This document shows, in pieces, positions 9,429-19,875 of a stretch of DNA of 64,000 nucleotides (within the stretch, counting starts at the first letter, position 1; each line of letters starts with the position of its first letter). The notes beneath the pieces were generated by a model. It was not told where the DNA came from. It made no database searches and was given only the letters and a program-made list of their open reading frames with translations. A program made the position numbers and the translations under genes. Origin of the DNA: Fidelibacterota bacterium (lineage in GTDB: Bacteria > Fidelibacterota > Marinisomatia > Marinisomatales > TCS55); NCBI GenBank assembly GCA_046861385.1, contig JBHHTW010000007.1, positions 1-64,000 on the forward strand, written 5' to 3'.

Positions 9429-9804
9429 GCCCTCCTTTTATCAAGTATATAAGAAACATATCATTATTTGGTTAATGATTGTTATTTTTATTATCATTGC
9501 TCTAAAACTGGGGATTGATCAGAAGGTGGTTGTTTTTATTACTTTGGTCCTTGGACTTTTTACACAACTGTTTGCCGGATTAGGCGCCTTGCTTTCAATG
9601 GTTCCATTTATCGGCCCCCTGATTGTAAAGGTGTTTGCAATCCCATTTTTCTGGATATTAAATGCTTTGGGTTATTTTGTAGGCGTTATAGCTATAAAAA
9701 GAGGCTATTCAGGCGAATTTATTAAATCCAGAGTTTTAACACTGTCCCTTTTGGTAGGAATTGTTGTCGGTTATATTCTTGGACATCTTTTTCCATTAAG
9801 ATAA
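9421..9804 (+). CDS. Hypothetical membrane protein
   Basis: 127-aa hydrophobic ORF overlapping the upstream stop. Confidence 0.75.
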   Translation: MTEPSFYQVYKKHIIIWLMIVIFIIIALKLGIDQKVVVFITLVLGLFTQLFAGLGALLSMVPFIGPLIVKVFAIPFFWILNALGYFVGVIAIKRGYSGEFIKSRVLTLSLLVGIVVGYILGHLFPLR

Positions 9805-9807
9805 ACG

Positions 9808-10242
9808 ATGGATATCCTCATTTTACAAGGGCCAAATCTTAATTTAATTGGTGTTCAATCAGCTAAAACGGGCGAGAGGGTGACTCTGGATAAAATAAAT
9901 AAAGTTCTCCACCAACATGCCCACAAAACCAGTCTGGATATTCAATTGCGATTTTTACAAACACATAAGACAGAAAAAGCTATTTCGTTTATTCATAGGA
10001 ATCGCAATAAAGCGGCGGGTTTATTGATTGCGCCGGCGTCCTGGGGGCGATATGAATATTCACTTTTGGATGCGTTAAATTTATCCGGGCTGCCCAGTGT
10101 GCAGGTTCTATTGGATGATCCATATTCATCGTTGAAAAAAGTGAATTCCATTTTTACACCCGTCTGTATCGATACAGTGATTGGACATCCATTATCTGCA
10201 TTTAATACTGCTTTGAATGTGCTCCTAAAACATATTTCCTGA
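9808..10242 (+). CDS. Type II 3-dehydroquinate dehydratase-like protein with a degenerate active site
   Basis: ILILQGPNLNLIG signature and AroQ-like length; catalytic motifs altered (see findings). Confidence 0.75.
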   Translation: MDILILQGPNLNLIGVQSAKTGERVTLDKINKVLHQHAHKTSLDIQLRFLQTHKTEKAISFIHRNRNKAAGLLIAPASWGRYEYSLLDALNLSGLPSVQVLLDDPYSSLKKVNSIFTPVCIDTVIGHPLSAFNTALNVLLKHIS

Positions 10243-10325
10243 TTCTTCCTTTGGTTTAAATAGAGAATTCTTTGCAAAACATTCTGCACATACTCCCCTT
10301 GGACTCTACAACGGACAAAATAAAA

Positions 10326-11390
10326 ATGGTGAAATTCGTCTGTTTTTTATATCTGGTCACTTGTATCCTCATTCAAAGCTGTGCCCCGCCTGTGCCAACG
10401 CCAGTAGAAGCAACCATAAAACCGCTTCATATTTCCATCGAAGAGGACGAATCTTCTATTTCAGTATCGTTCACAAAAAATCTGAGCCTGGATCAAATAC
10501 TCACTGTTAATGAAACGCTAAAAACGATACCTTTTAAAACTTTGGAAAAAATGATAAACAACCGTTTCAGCGATGATTCTCTGGCTGCCGTTATGTATAA
10601 CCGCGTCACAAAAAATATTCCTTCCGGCGTATCGTTTTATACAATTGACTCAACGGTCTATGACCATAATACTATTTCCATGGTGTATACATTGAACGCT
10701 GACTTTGTCGATTATATTATTTCTTCTATCAGGGATAAAGAGACCAAGAGTGAGAATAAAATCATTTACCCACTGTTTACCAAAAAACATTCACCTCCGG
10801 AGATTGATGCTGTCTCGGGGTTGAATCTTCTATTACCCTGTAAAAATATACCAGTACCCAAAAGAGCCTTGCTGCTCCCGAATGCACCCCGATCTTATCG
10901 AAATGGTATTCACAGGGGAATTGATTTCTATGCTAGCTGGGGTACGCCGGTTCAAGCTGTTTCCCATGGCGTTGTGATACGGGCAGATCATCAATTTGAA
11001 GAAGTTCCTCCCGAATTCAGAAAACAGATGTTGGCTGAAGCGAAACAGTTGGGTCATACTCCTTCTGATGTTTTCGAACATGTGTTGGTGGGGCGGTCGA
11101 TATATATTGATCATGGGTTTGACTTGGTTCCCGGTTTTCGAGCGATATCTATATACGCCCATTTGTCCCATATTAATAAGGATATAAAACCGGGTGTTTC
11201 TGTTTCTCCCGGTCAATTAATTGGACTCTCCGGAAACAGCGGAACGGAACCCAGTACGCAAGGATTGCGAAAGGGCGCTCATCTCCATTGGGAATTGATT
11301 TTGCAAAATGCCGGTGGAGAATATTATTTGGGACAGGGACTGAACGACGATGATCTCTATACTGAATTAACAAGAATCTTCAATAACTAA
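10326..11390 (+). CDS. M23 family metallopeptidase, probable lipoprotein
   Basis: HRGIDF, YAHL and HLHWE motifs; lipobox-like IQSC; start reassigned to ATG 10326. Confidence 0.88.
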   Translation: MVKFVCFLYLVTCILIQSCAPPVPTPVEATIKPLHISIEEDESSISVSFTKNLSLDQILTVNETLKTIPFKTLEKMINNRFSDDSLAAVMYNRVTKNIPSGVSFYTIDSTVYDHNTISMVYTLNADFVDYIISSIRDKETKSENKIIYPLFTKKHSPPEIDAVSGLNLLLPCKNIPVPKRALLLPNAPRSYRNGIHRGIDFYASWGTPVQAVSHGVVIRADHQFEEVPPEFRKQMLAEAKQLGHTPSDVFEHVLVGRSIYIDHGFDLVPGFRAISIYAHLSHINKDIKPGVSVSPGQLIGLSGNSGTEPSTQGLRKGAHLHWELILQNAGGEYYLGQGLNDDDLYTELTRIFNN

Positions 11391-11657
11391 TTGGTTATTG
11401 GTTCCGTTCTCTTCTTCAAGGATAAGAAGATATAAACTGTGATTTAGACATTTCAACTAAATAATATTCAACCCCGATGGAGTTGTGCCAATATTTTCCA
11501 TCTAAGAGTTATGGATATGTGGCGCCTAAAGAAGACCCGCTGGGATTATATATTTTGTTAACCATGCACAAATAACTGCTGTCAAACCAGCTAATCAATA
11601 AAACAAAGATTTAATTTTTTATCTTTCGCAGTTACTAATCATTTGAGGAAAAACTAA

Positions 11658-12953
11658 TTACTCGGAACGAAGCTCAGGGGTAAAGAGTTCATTATTAATA
11701 ACAACTCCTTCATTGAGCATAAATTGATTCAGAATAATATCTTTATTTAATTCCGGATTATGCTCCAGTGTTTTAGTTAGGAATAATGAATAAATTTTAT
11801 TGATCGATTTTTGCTTTAGCGTTAATTCAAATCCCGGGAATAGATTTTTATTGTCGTCAAACCATTGCAATATCAGATACCTGGCAAATACATCCGTAAT
11901 AAATTTATTGAATAAGAAACCGCTATTAATTGCCACTGATGAGTAAAATGAAAAATTATTTGATGTTCTTAAAAGCCAATCCAGTGTAATCTCTTCATTC
12001 CCAATTTTCCCTAAAATACGATTCGTATTTAATTTCAGTAAATCTGTAATTGAAATGCCTGACATTGATTTAACGCCTTCAATGCTTTGGACAGAATCCC
12101 ATAGATTATACAATTCATCATCATCTATGGAAACATCATATTTTTGATTAAGGCTCTCAATAAATTTTGAGAAACTTTCTTCTTTATAACCATATTTTCC
12201 TTTTACCAGATCTTTTTCTAATTTAGCCCGATCAATCTTTATTATATTTTTACCCTTTTTTGGAATAATTAAATCAACGATAATTACATGATATCCCATG
12301 GGTGTTTCCAATGGTCCATACAGTTTTCCCTCGGGAGAAGACCACACAACATCGTTGAAATTTTTGGGCATTAGGCCAAAATTTATCTGACCCATTTCAT
12401 TCCCTTTTATTTTTGAGGGCGGGGACTCGCTATAAATAGATAATGCTTCTCTATACGATACATCACCCTTAGAGAGTCTGTTATAAATCGTTTTGGCCCT
12501 TTCAAATGCTTCAGCTTTAGAACGATTACTGGCTTTACCAAAAGAAAATCTGTGGGGAACAGTAATGGCTTTTACGAGAATATCTATATTGAGCGCTTTT
12601 TCTACAAAATCCAAGATACTGTCTGTAACAGTAAATTGATTTGAAATATATTTTTCTACTTCTTGAACAATGAGATCGTTTTTTAATCTGTTTTCTTCAT
12701 ATTCAATATTTAAATCAATTTCATTTAATACATTTTTTGGTTTCTCTGACAAAATTTTATGGACTGCATATTTTCTGATAAAGGTTCTTTTTTTTGTTGT
12801 ATTTAGCTTATTAAAGTCTGTTTTATCTATACTTTTATATATTTCTGACAGATAAATATTTTTCCCTTGGATCGTTGCTGCTACATCCTTGAATCCGGAA
12901 CAGGAAAAAAACAGGTAGAAAATGCTGATAAATATGGTCTTTAAGTATTTCAT
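11658..12953 (-). CDS. PpiC/parvulin-type peptidylprolyl isomerase-like lipoprotein
   Basis: Lipobox FFSC; GNEMG and GPLETPMGYHVI rotamase motif; start reassigned to ATG 12953. Confidence 0.75.
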   Translation of the reverse strand: MKYLKTIFISIFYLFFSCSGFKDVAATIQGKNIYLSEIYKSIDKTDFNKLNTTKKRTFIRKYAVHKILSEKPKNVLNEIDLNIEYEENRLKNDLIVQEVEKYISNQFTVTDSILDFVEKALNIDILVKAITVPHRFSFGKASNRSKAEAFERAKTIYNRLSKGDVSYREALSIYSESPPSKIKGNEMGQINFGLMPKNFNDVVWSSPEGKLYGPLETPMGYHVIIVDLIIPKKGKNIIKIDRAKLEKDLVKGKYGYKEESFSKFIESLNQKYDVSIDDDELYNLWDSVQSIEGVKSMSGISITDLLKLNTNRILGKIGNEEITLDWLLRTSNNFSFYSSVAINSGFLFNKFITDVFARYLILQWFDDNKNLFPGFELTLKQKSINKIYSLFLTKTLEHNPELNKDIILNQFMLNEGVVINNELFTPELRSE

Positions 12954-12968
12954 TAGGGCGGTGAATTT

Positions 12969-13003
12969 AAAAAAAAAGGGCGGCAATTAAGCCGCCCTTT
13001 TTT
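12969..13003 (-). terminator. Rho-independent (bidirectional) terminator ending the TBDR-PorV operon
   Basis: A9-GGGCGGC-AATTAA-GCCGCCC-T6. Confidence 0.88.
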
Positions 13004-13022
13004 ACATCATATTCTGATTTGT

Positions 13023-15398
13023 TTATTTCAGGAACATCATTTTACCGGTTAAAGCACGGTTTTGTGCTTCTACGCGATAAATGTAAACACCTGATGCAAC
13101 TTGAATACCTTGACTATCGGTACCATTCCATTTCACGGACTGCAAGCCAGCTTGCATTGCACCGTTATGGATGGTTGCTACTTCTTCGCCCAGGAGTGAA
13201 TAAACGGTAACCGTTACATCACTGCGAACATCAAGATTAAACGAAATGTTCGTTGTGGGGTTGAAGGGGTTCGGATAGTTGCCTTTTAATGAGAAGGCGT
13301 CCGGTCTAACATCATTTTCAACACTTACAATAGCATTTAGATCTTCGTAAGCTTGAATCAATGGACTGGCATTTTCAGGCATATTGGCATCTGGAGAGCC
13401 GGAAATATGAACCTTAAAGTAAGATGCTCCTATCCAGTGATAACTGGGTATAGTATTCAACGCCATGGCATCAAAAGCCAAAAAGGCACTTTTACCGCCG
13501 TTACCAGCTTGACCATGGATCATAACATTATATACTTCGGAACCGGTCGGCGGATCTACTTGATCTGCGCTATCCAGTACCAGCGAATAACCGGTCATAT
13601 CTACCGTGTATCCTGTGGCAGGGTCTACACCGTCCAACCAGTTGCTTCCGCCTGTTTCATAGTCGGGATCATAGTTAAGGTATAGTGAGTCTGCTAAAAA
13701 TCCGGCACCTGCACTAGCAAATCCGTCTGACTCCATCATCAAGCGGGAAATACCCGACTGATCGCCTGAAGCCGCATAATTGATGTCATTATAATCAGCG
13801 GCAATCCCAAGAATGTCATATGGGAAATCCCCAGGACCATAGGTTGTATTTACCCAACCGGTGCGGGCACCAAGCCATTCATCACTGGAAACGATGTACG
13901 TTTTATCGCCGTCCCACCAAGCTGCAATCTCATCATCATTATTAAAATACGGACCTGTACCAGCCAACTCAACAATGGTTGAATAGTTTACGGTTAATTC
14001 ATCAACAATACCGCCATAGCTGGCATCCCAGATATCAAACGGTTCGCCGCCCCAATAAAAATAGAGGTAGGACGAATATAGAATCGATCCGTAAAGGGCA
14101 TCCTGGTTATTGAAAATCAAGTCGTTTCCTGCTGTCGCTTCAAATATGAAGTATGAGAAGGGACTTGACGTCGTAGACAAATCACTCCCGTCTGTCGCCG
14201 TTATGGACCAGTATACAAATGTACCTGGAGATTGTCCGGGAATTTCAGCTTCCCATGTTCCATCTTCGGCTGTTCCATCTGTCATCGTCATTGTAACCGT
14301 ATTGACTGGTGCAGTCAGTGAATCCAATTGATAATCCAAAGTAACAGATGCTACGCCTGCTGTTCCGCCACTTGGGTTATCATCTGTGATGGTACAACTA
14401 ACTGAACGAGCAGCTGTTGATAATGTCGTCGGTAATGCATCTACACTTGTAAACACAGGACCGCGATCACCCGTTAGATCTACAGCAAGTTCGAAGTCAA
14501 ACATCCAGTGGCGAATATGCCATCCACCATTACCTGAAGTTCCACCGCATTCATTGTAGAATTTGATCGATACCCACGGGTCAACCACACCATCGCCAGA
14601 AGCATAAAAGAACCCTGTTGGTTCATCTGCGCTGCCGTCACCTGTTCCGGTAAAAGCAACCATTATGCCAACCCAGTCTCCTTGCAGCAAGTCAACTTCA
14701 CTGCCGAAGTCTGCAAGATTTATCCAGTTAGATGTACTTCCGCCCACGGCGAAATCCGGGTTATTTGTTGGGTCAAGTGTCGCTGCACTAAAACCATCCG
14801 GCCACAACAAACCCATTAAGGGTGTTCCTGGAGGTCCGGCAGCCGCAGCTGTAAGTCCAAGAGGATCATGTGCTCCAGCAACAACTTCGTCACCAGTATC
14901 ACAAACACCCGCAGTTCCGCCAGGAGTATAGGTTGTACCTTCAATGGACATGTAACCGGTAGATGCATCCATATCATAACCACCAATCCATCCGTCGCCA
15001 TCTACAGCGTCAGATGAATATAAGTTACCGTCTGCATCATACGGATACGAGAGTTTATGCAGAGAGACCGTTAGCTGCTGGTCTCCGGTTCCCCATTCAT
15101 ATACAGGAATGTTCACTGCCTTTATTGTAGCATCAGCCGTCATTTGAAATGCGGTAATCATCGCATCTCCTGGGGACTGTATAAATTGTCCTCCCCAGCC
15201 GCCTGGTGGCTGATAAGCCATTGTATCGGCCGTACCTCGGCTCATGGATTGAGCGCCGGACGGCATGAGTCTAAACATATTGTTTACTTTTCTTATATCA
15301 TGGTTTCTGTTCACGCCTTGACCCTTGACAATTTCTTTTGCCGGAAGGATGGCTACAGAAACCAATGCAATAAGAAATATTAACATGTTTCTTTTCAT
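13023..15398 (-). CDS. Secreted acidic protein with C-terminal T9SS type A-like / FlgD-Ig sorting domain
   Basis: Signal peptide; C-terminus NYPNPFNPTT..F..YSLLGEEV..W.G....VASGVYIYR...KMMFLK; start reassigned to ATG 15398 (RBS AGGAG). Confidence 0.85.
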   Translation of the reverse strand: MKRNMLIFLIALVSVAILPAKEIVKGQGVNRNHDIRKVNNMFRLMPSGAQSMSRGTADTMAYQPPGGWGGQFIQSPGDAMITAFQMTADATIKAVNIPVYEWGTGDQQLTVSLHKLSYPYDADGNLYSSDAVDGDGWIGGYDMDASTGYMSIEGTTYTPGGTAGVCDTGDEVVAGAHDPLGLTAAAAGPPGTPLMGLLWPDGFSAATLDPTNNPDFAVGGSTSNWINLADFGSEVDLLQGDWVGIMVAFTGTGDGSADEPTGFFYASGDGVVDPWVSIKFYNECGGTSGNGGWHIRHWMFDFELAVDLTGDRGPVFTSVDALPTTLSTAARSVSCTITDDNPSGGTAGVASVTLDYQLDSLTAPVNTVTMTMTDGTAEDGTWEAEIPGQSPGTFVYWSITATDGSDLSTTSSPFSYFIFEATAGNDLIFNNQDALYGSILYSSYLYFYWGGEPFDIWDASYGGIVDELTVNYSTIVELAGTGPYFNNDDEIAAWWDGDKTYIVSSDEWLGARTGWVNTTYGPGDFPYDILGIAADYNDINYAASGDQSGISRLMMESDGFASAGAGFLADSLYLNYDPDYETGGSNWLDGVDPATGYTVDMTGYSLVLDSADQVDPPTGSEVYNVMIHGQAGNGGKSAFLAFDAMALNTIPSYHWIGASYFKVHISGSPDANMPENASPLIQAYEDLNAIVSVENDVRPDAFSLKGNYPNPFNPTTNISFNLDVRSDVTVTVYSLLGEEVATIHNGAMQAGLQSVKWNGTDSQGIQVASGVYIYRVEAQNRALTGKMMFLK

Positions 15399-15488
15399 TA
15401 GTTTCTCCTTTTTTCTTTCTTGCAAGAAAGACGACAACAGTCAAAAAATGTATGACTGTCGTTTTTCGTCTTCATTTTTTTCGATCAG

Positions 15489-16595
15489 TTAAAAAGTGGC
15501 TTTTATCGTTAACCAGCTAACACCGTCGAAATATTCTGCTGTCCTATGGGCATAATCAACGGACAGCCCTAAACCTGTTAATTTTGACAAATCCAATCCA
15601 AAACCAAACGACGGTCCCCACATAAATTCCTCAGTACCATATTCAAATTGATCATCGGCATTGTCGTCTTGAGTGTCCTGCACTCCGTCCGCACCATAGG
15701 GTTCCGGATCAAATCCAATAGCAAGACCGCTGCGCAAATATAATATATCCATCATATTAACTTGCACACCAAATCGATATTCATCAAAATAAAAATTATT
15801 GTTTAAAAATGACCCCGAGAAAAGAACGTGGGCAGGCCCAAGAGCAATGGGACCGTAAGACACTCCCAATTCTAATGTCGTTGGCATTTCAAATTCCTGT
15901 AAAGTAATACGCCGCGGTTCGGTGGGTGTCCCGGGGTCGGTTCCAAAGGGATCCACAAATTCTTCCAAGTCTGATCCTGTAAAAATCATATTTAATCCCA
16001 GATTTTTTAAAGATGCCCCTAATCGGATACCATTACTACTGGACGCATATTGAACACCGGCATCAAGGACTGCCCCCGATGCACTTTCTTTCATAATGGT
16101 TTCTGATACAATTTTAAAATCAAAACCAAACGATATACGGTCTGTCATTTTACGAGCGAACAGAAAACCAATATTCACAAAGCTGGGAGAAAACATTTCT
16201 CCTGTTCCGGCAGTTGCTTCCATGGTCGTAACGGGGATATCACCAAAATCCAAAGATTTAAATGTGATCCCAAATACATTTTTTCCACCAAGTCCAGACG
16301 CAACCCCAAAGTATGAAACTCCGATGTCATTTAGCCAAGTAGCGCGAGAAAACATTGCTTCACCCGTGCCGCTGATTCTTGCAAGGCCTGCGATATTCCA
16401 TTCTACTGCCTCAATCCCTGAAATGCCGGCAACATTTGCCCCGGCCATTGCTGTGCCGCTTGAGCCAACAGGAATCAGAAGTTCTTGAGCCCCAGCCGTA
16501 CCGCTTCGGTTTTTACTCCCTGCGTTCATTTGAACACAAAAAAGTAAAAAGACGGTTAATAGTAATCCAAATCGAGCTTGATATTTATTCATCAT
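15489..16595 (-). CDS. PorV/PorQ-family outer-membrane beta-barrel protein
   Basis: GTAGAQELLIPVG...AMAGA...WNIAGLA N-terminal motif, GLSVDYA, terminal Phe. Confidence 0.8.
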   Translation of the reverse strand: MMNKYQARFGLLLTVFLLFCVQMNAGSKNRSGTAGAQELLIPVGSSGTAMAGANVAGISGIEAVEWNIAGLARISGTGEAMFSRATWLNDIGVSYFGVASGLGGKNVFGITFKSLDFGDIPVTTMEATAGTGEMFSPSFVNIGFLFARKMTDRISFGFDFKIVSETIMKESASGAVLDAGVQYASSSNGIRLGASLKNLGLNMIFTGSDLEEFVDPFGTDPGTPTEPRRITLQEFEMPTTLELGVSYGPIALGPAHVLFSGSFLNNNFYFDEYRFGVQVNMMDILYLRSGLAIGFDPEPYGADGVQDTQDDNADDQFEYGTEEFMWGPSFGFGLDLSKLTGLGLSVDYAHRTAEYFDGVSWLTIKATF

Positions 16596-16614
16596 CAATT
16601 CTCCCACAATCTTA

Positions 16615-19600
16615 TTAATAAATGTCCAGGCGCTCTTCAGGTTGGAAGATTGCCAATTTTAATACTTTTGATCCATTACCAATTGATTTACCATTAGAAT
16701 CTTTCAAATCCAAATGAACCAGGTATATACCGCTTGCAACAGGGACTCCGGCTCTATTCCGCAAATCCCAAACGGCTCGTCTGTCGCTATCATTTTCTGA
16801 GTCAATCGTATGCTCGAATTTTGCTACGAGCGCCCCGGCCAATGTGAATATCCGTATGGTGGTGGTTCCAACCCCAAGTTGAGTAAAATATACCTTACGG
16901 TCTAATGGATTGTTTTCTTCCCAGTTTGTTCCAAAATATGGATTTGGATAAACAGAAATCTCATCCATTTGTGTTTTTTGAAGAGCCTTATCCGAACTTG
17001 TCAAGCCGGACCCTTCAAAACTATACACATCTGTCCCGGGAATAGTTGGGTTATTAAATTTCACCTGGAATACATTTCCACTTTCAAACGCGGTTGAGCC
17101 CTTATTGAATTTCAGCATCCAGCCAATTACGTCTGCATCGGCATCAAAGGCATAGGCGTCGGATGCAGTCGAGGGGTTACTGTATGCCTGATAAACGGGC
17201 ATAATGAAAATGTTCTTAGTAAACTCATAACTTCCGGGATAATCTTCGCTTTCTGCATAGAAAGGCGTTGATCCGGCAACTTGATATATGGCCACGTCAA
17301 TCTGAGTTGAGTCTTCCAGTGTCCACAATTCAAAGGGAATATCAACCACATCTGTTACCGTAAGAATTGAGTTATAGTAAGTCGCCTTGGATCCGCTGTC
17401 AGTAAAACGAAATTCAACATCCAACTGCAATTTTGTTTTGTCCGGTCTTCCGGATGGCGGCGATACAGGAAGATTTTCTATATAACCCGCCCATGTACCG
17501 TCAGATGATCCGGGATTGATGCCGCCAAATACGATTTCAGTAGAATCAAAATCATCTGTAACCGTTACCGCGTCCGAATAAGTTGCCGGCGCATCAAAAG
17601 TGGCATTTTCTGATGTCAATATAAAACCATCAATGATTTCTAAATTTACTTCTTGTCCCGCAGTGTCCAATCCGAGTTCCTCATAATAATCTACAGAAAC
17701 AGGGAAGTTTCTCCCAGATGACAATGTATCGGATTCATCTGTATCAATCAGATACCACATACTTGTTGAATCCGTCACTTCAGCAAAATTGATTTCATAC
17801 TCATGGCCTGTTAAAAGATACGGGTCAATTACAGTTGGAATAAATGAAGCATCAGAAATACCTGTTGCATTTGTTGTCGTCAATATATCAGAATGTTCTG
17901 ATTGTAAATCGGCCCCTAAACCGGAGACTCCAGGAACTGCGGTTAATGGTTTAAATGCACTTTCGATTGTCACCGGAGCCGTTTCTTTATCATACGCATA
18001 TGATGTGACAGAAAAATAATATTGACGATTATTAATTAATTGTGAGTTCCGTACAGCATCGTTGGTAATTTCGATAAAATGCTTCACGCCGGAATCTTCA
18101 CCGAATTGAACCGGTTTTGATAGCAATAACCCTGTTTCCAAATCCAAGGTTTCGTCAGTGATCACTTTAATGTCATCCACAAGATCGTATGTTTTTATCA
18201 ATTGCCACGGGCCAACGGCCGATTCGCCCTGATACACATTGTATCCCTGGAATTCATATCCTAAGCAGGTATATCCAATCACTTCTTCCGCATTCGCTTC
18301 CCAGGATAAAATTATTTTCTCATCTAATTGAGAAACAGCTACTTTTGGAGCCGGTGGGCCGCATAGGTCAAAATTACTGTCAAAAGCATTTTGGGCAAAT
18401 TTATCAAAGTATTTGAAGACCCGAATTGATGTTAACGCATCCGGTCCTCCCGCTTCTAATAAGCAGCCAACCACTTCTTGTTTATCCCCGGGAGCCATGG
18501 TAAAAGGACCCGAGGTCATTAAAAACCTGCGGTCACCGGAAGGATGTTCGTCACTGTCAAGCCAGCCGGTGCCTGTAACAGGGTCACCACTTGCAACAAA
18601 TACACCCGGGAGACCCGTCGAAGGATCTATATAATCGGAACCATCAATCCCAACCAATCCATTCATATAATTATAAGTTTCCTCGGCAGTTTCTGGATCT
18701 CCAAAACGATCATCTCCACGTATATATTTTACAAAACTGGTGAGGGGGAGCATTTTTTTATCGTACACTTTCTTTTGGTAATATCCCGTAACCGGGTTGC
18801 CTTCATTATCCACTCCCGTTGAATCTAAGTCCCATGTTAACAATTCAGCGGAATCACCGGGGGAATCTACCAACGGACCTTGAAAAAAATCTGATCCGGA
18901 TACAGGAGCAGCCACACCGTAAGTGGCATCCCGTCCGTCATTAAATGTATATCCAACACTCAAAATTGTATCGCAAGCAACAAAATCATCATTTGCATCA
19001 CCCACATCATCATCGTGCCAAATGGAAACAAACATGGAATCAATGGTGTCTGTTCCTTTATTTTCTATCACCCATCTTACAAACATGGTGTTGCCCAAAG
19101 CGTCGTTAGGCGCCCGATCAAAACCAAACAAGGTTGTCTGTACGTCAATATTGAGTGGAAGGGTTGCCCACAAACCCGCATGTTCAGTTGAACCGCCGTC
19201 ATTCATAATATACCAGTGAAATTGGTCTCCTAAAATATCTGGGAAATCGACCGTATAATCATATAAACCATCGCCATCAACATCAATATAGGGGGCGCCA
19301 TCATCTACCGGCCATTCTCTGTAATCTTTTGTTGGGATAGTAATGGTTTCAGCTGACCCATCATTATTCAGATCGAATTCCGCCGTACTGTTTCCAGCTT
19401 TCATCCCATCAATTTCAGCTTTAAAGATTCTATAAATACGATACTTTGAATCGTTAGGATCTCCATCTAGTGTCCCGGGTCTGAATTCCCGGGTATATTC
19501 CGCGGCTGCTGTACGAATACTGCCATCAACCATTCCCGCCATCCAAATACCCGATGCAAAAACCGCTGTTTTTCCACTGCCTTTTGGCCATTCCAACCCG

Positions 19601-19824
19601 GAATCTCCAGTTGCATTATGATCCACCACCGCGCCGTTATTTCGATGATAGGTAGAAATTTGATTTCCATCCCAGAGTTCAAATTCCAACACCGCTGATT
19701 TTGCCATTCTTTCCCGCCAGCTTGCTTCACTTTCTGTTCGTTTTTCACCTCGAACCGGTAGAACCGCGAAAGCAAGAAATGTAACCAGAAGCGTTAAATT
19801 TAGTTTTTTGTTTCCAAAATCCAT
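16615..19824 (-). CDS. Large secreted protein with C-terminal YPNPY (T9SS-CTD-like) domain
   Basis: Signal peptide, GLEWPKGSGKTAVF motif, FN3-like segment, C-terminal ISVYPNPY...IRIFTLAG...WDLRN...VASGIY; start reassigned to ATG 19824 (RBS AAGGAG). Confidence 0.85.
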   Translation of the reverse strand: MDFGNKKLNLTLLVTFLAFAVLPVRGEKRTESEASWRERMAKSAVLEFELWDGNQISTYHRNNGAVVDHNATGDSGLEWPKGSGKTAVFASGIWMAGMVDGSIRTAAAEYTREFRPGTLDGDPNDSKYRIYRIFKAEIDGMKAGNSTAEFDLNNDGSAETITIPTKDYREWPVDDGAPYIDVDGDGLYDYTVDFPDILGDQFHWYIMNDGGSTEHAGLWATLPLNIDVQTTLFGFDRAPNDALGNTMFVRWVIENKGTDTIDSMFVSIWHDDDVGDANDDFVACDTILSVGYTFNDGRDATYGVAAPVSGSDFFQGPLVDSPGDSAELLTWDLDSTGVDNEGNPVTGYYQKKVYDKKMLPLTSFVKYIRGDDRFGDPETAEETYNYMNGLVGIDGSDYIDPSTGLPGVFVASGDPVTGTGWLDSDEHPSGDRRFLMTSGPFTMAPGDKQEVVGCLLEAGGPDALTSIRVFKYFDKFAQNAFDSNFDLCGPPAPKVAVSQLDEKIILSWEANAEEVIGYTCLGYEFQGYNVYQGESAVGPWQLIKTYDLVDDIKVITDETLDLETGLLLSKPVQFGEDSGVKHFIEITNDAVRNSQLINNRQYYFSVTSYAYDKETAPVTIESAFKPLTAVPGVSGLGADLQSEHSDILTTTNATGISDASFIPTVIDPYLLTGHEYEINFAEVTDSTSMWYLIDTDESDTLSSGRNFPVSVDYYEELGLDTAGQEVNLEIIDGFILTSENATFDAPATYSDAVTVTDDFDSTEIVFGGINPGSSDGTWAGYIENLPVSPPSGRPDKTKLQLDVEFRFTDSGSKATYYNSILTVTDVVDIPFELWTLEDSTQIDVAIYQVAGSTPFYAESEDYPGSYEFTKNIFIMPVYQAYSNPSTASDAYAFDADADVIGWMLKFNKGSTAFESGNVFQVKFNNPTIPGTDVYSFEGSGLTSSDKALQKTQMDEISVYPNPYFGTNWEENNPLDRKVYFTQLGVGTTTIRIFTLAGALVAKFEHTIDSENDSDRRAVWDLRNRAGVPVASGIYLVHLDLKDSNGKSIGNGSKVLKLAIFQPEERLDIY

Positions 19825-19875
19825 GAAGTATTCTCCTTCAACCAATCGTTGTTTTAATTATTTATTCCCTTTTTT

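Noticed and set aside
11469-11485. CAACCCCGATGGAGTTG REP-like hairpin between convergent genes
   Set aside because: Single degenerate copy in the window; cannot be separated from chance or a terminator remnant.
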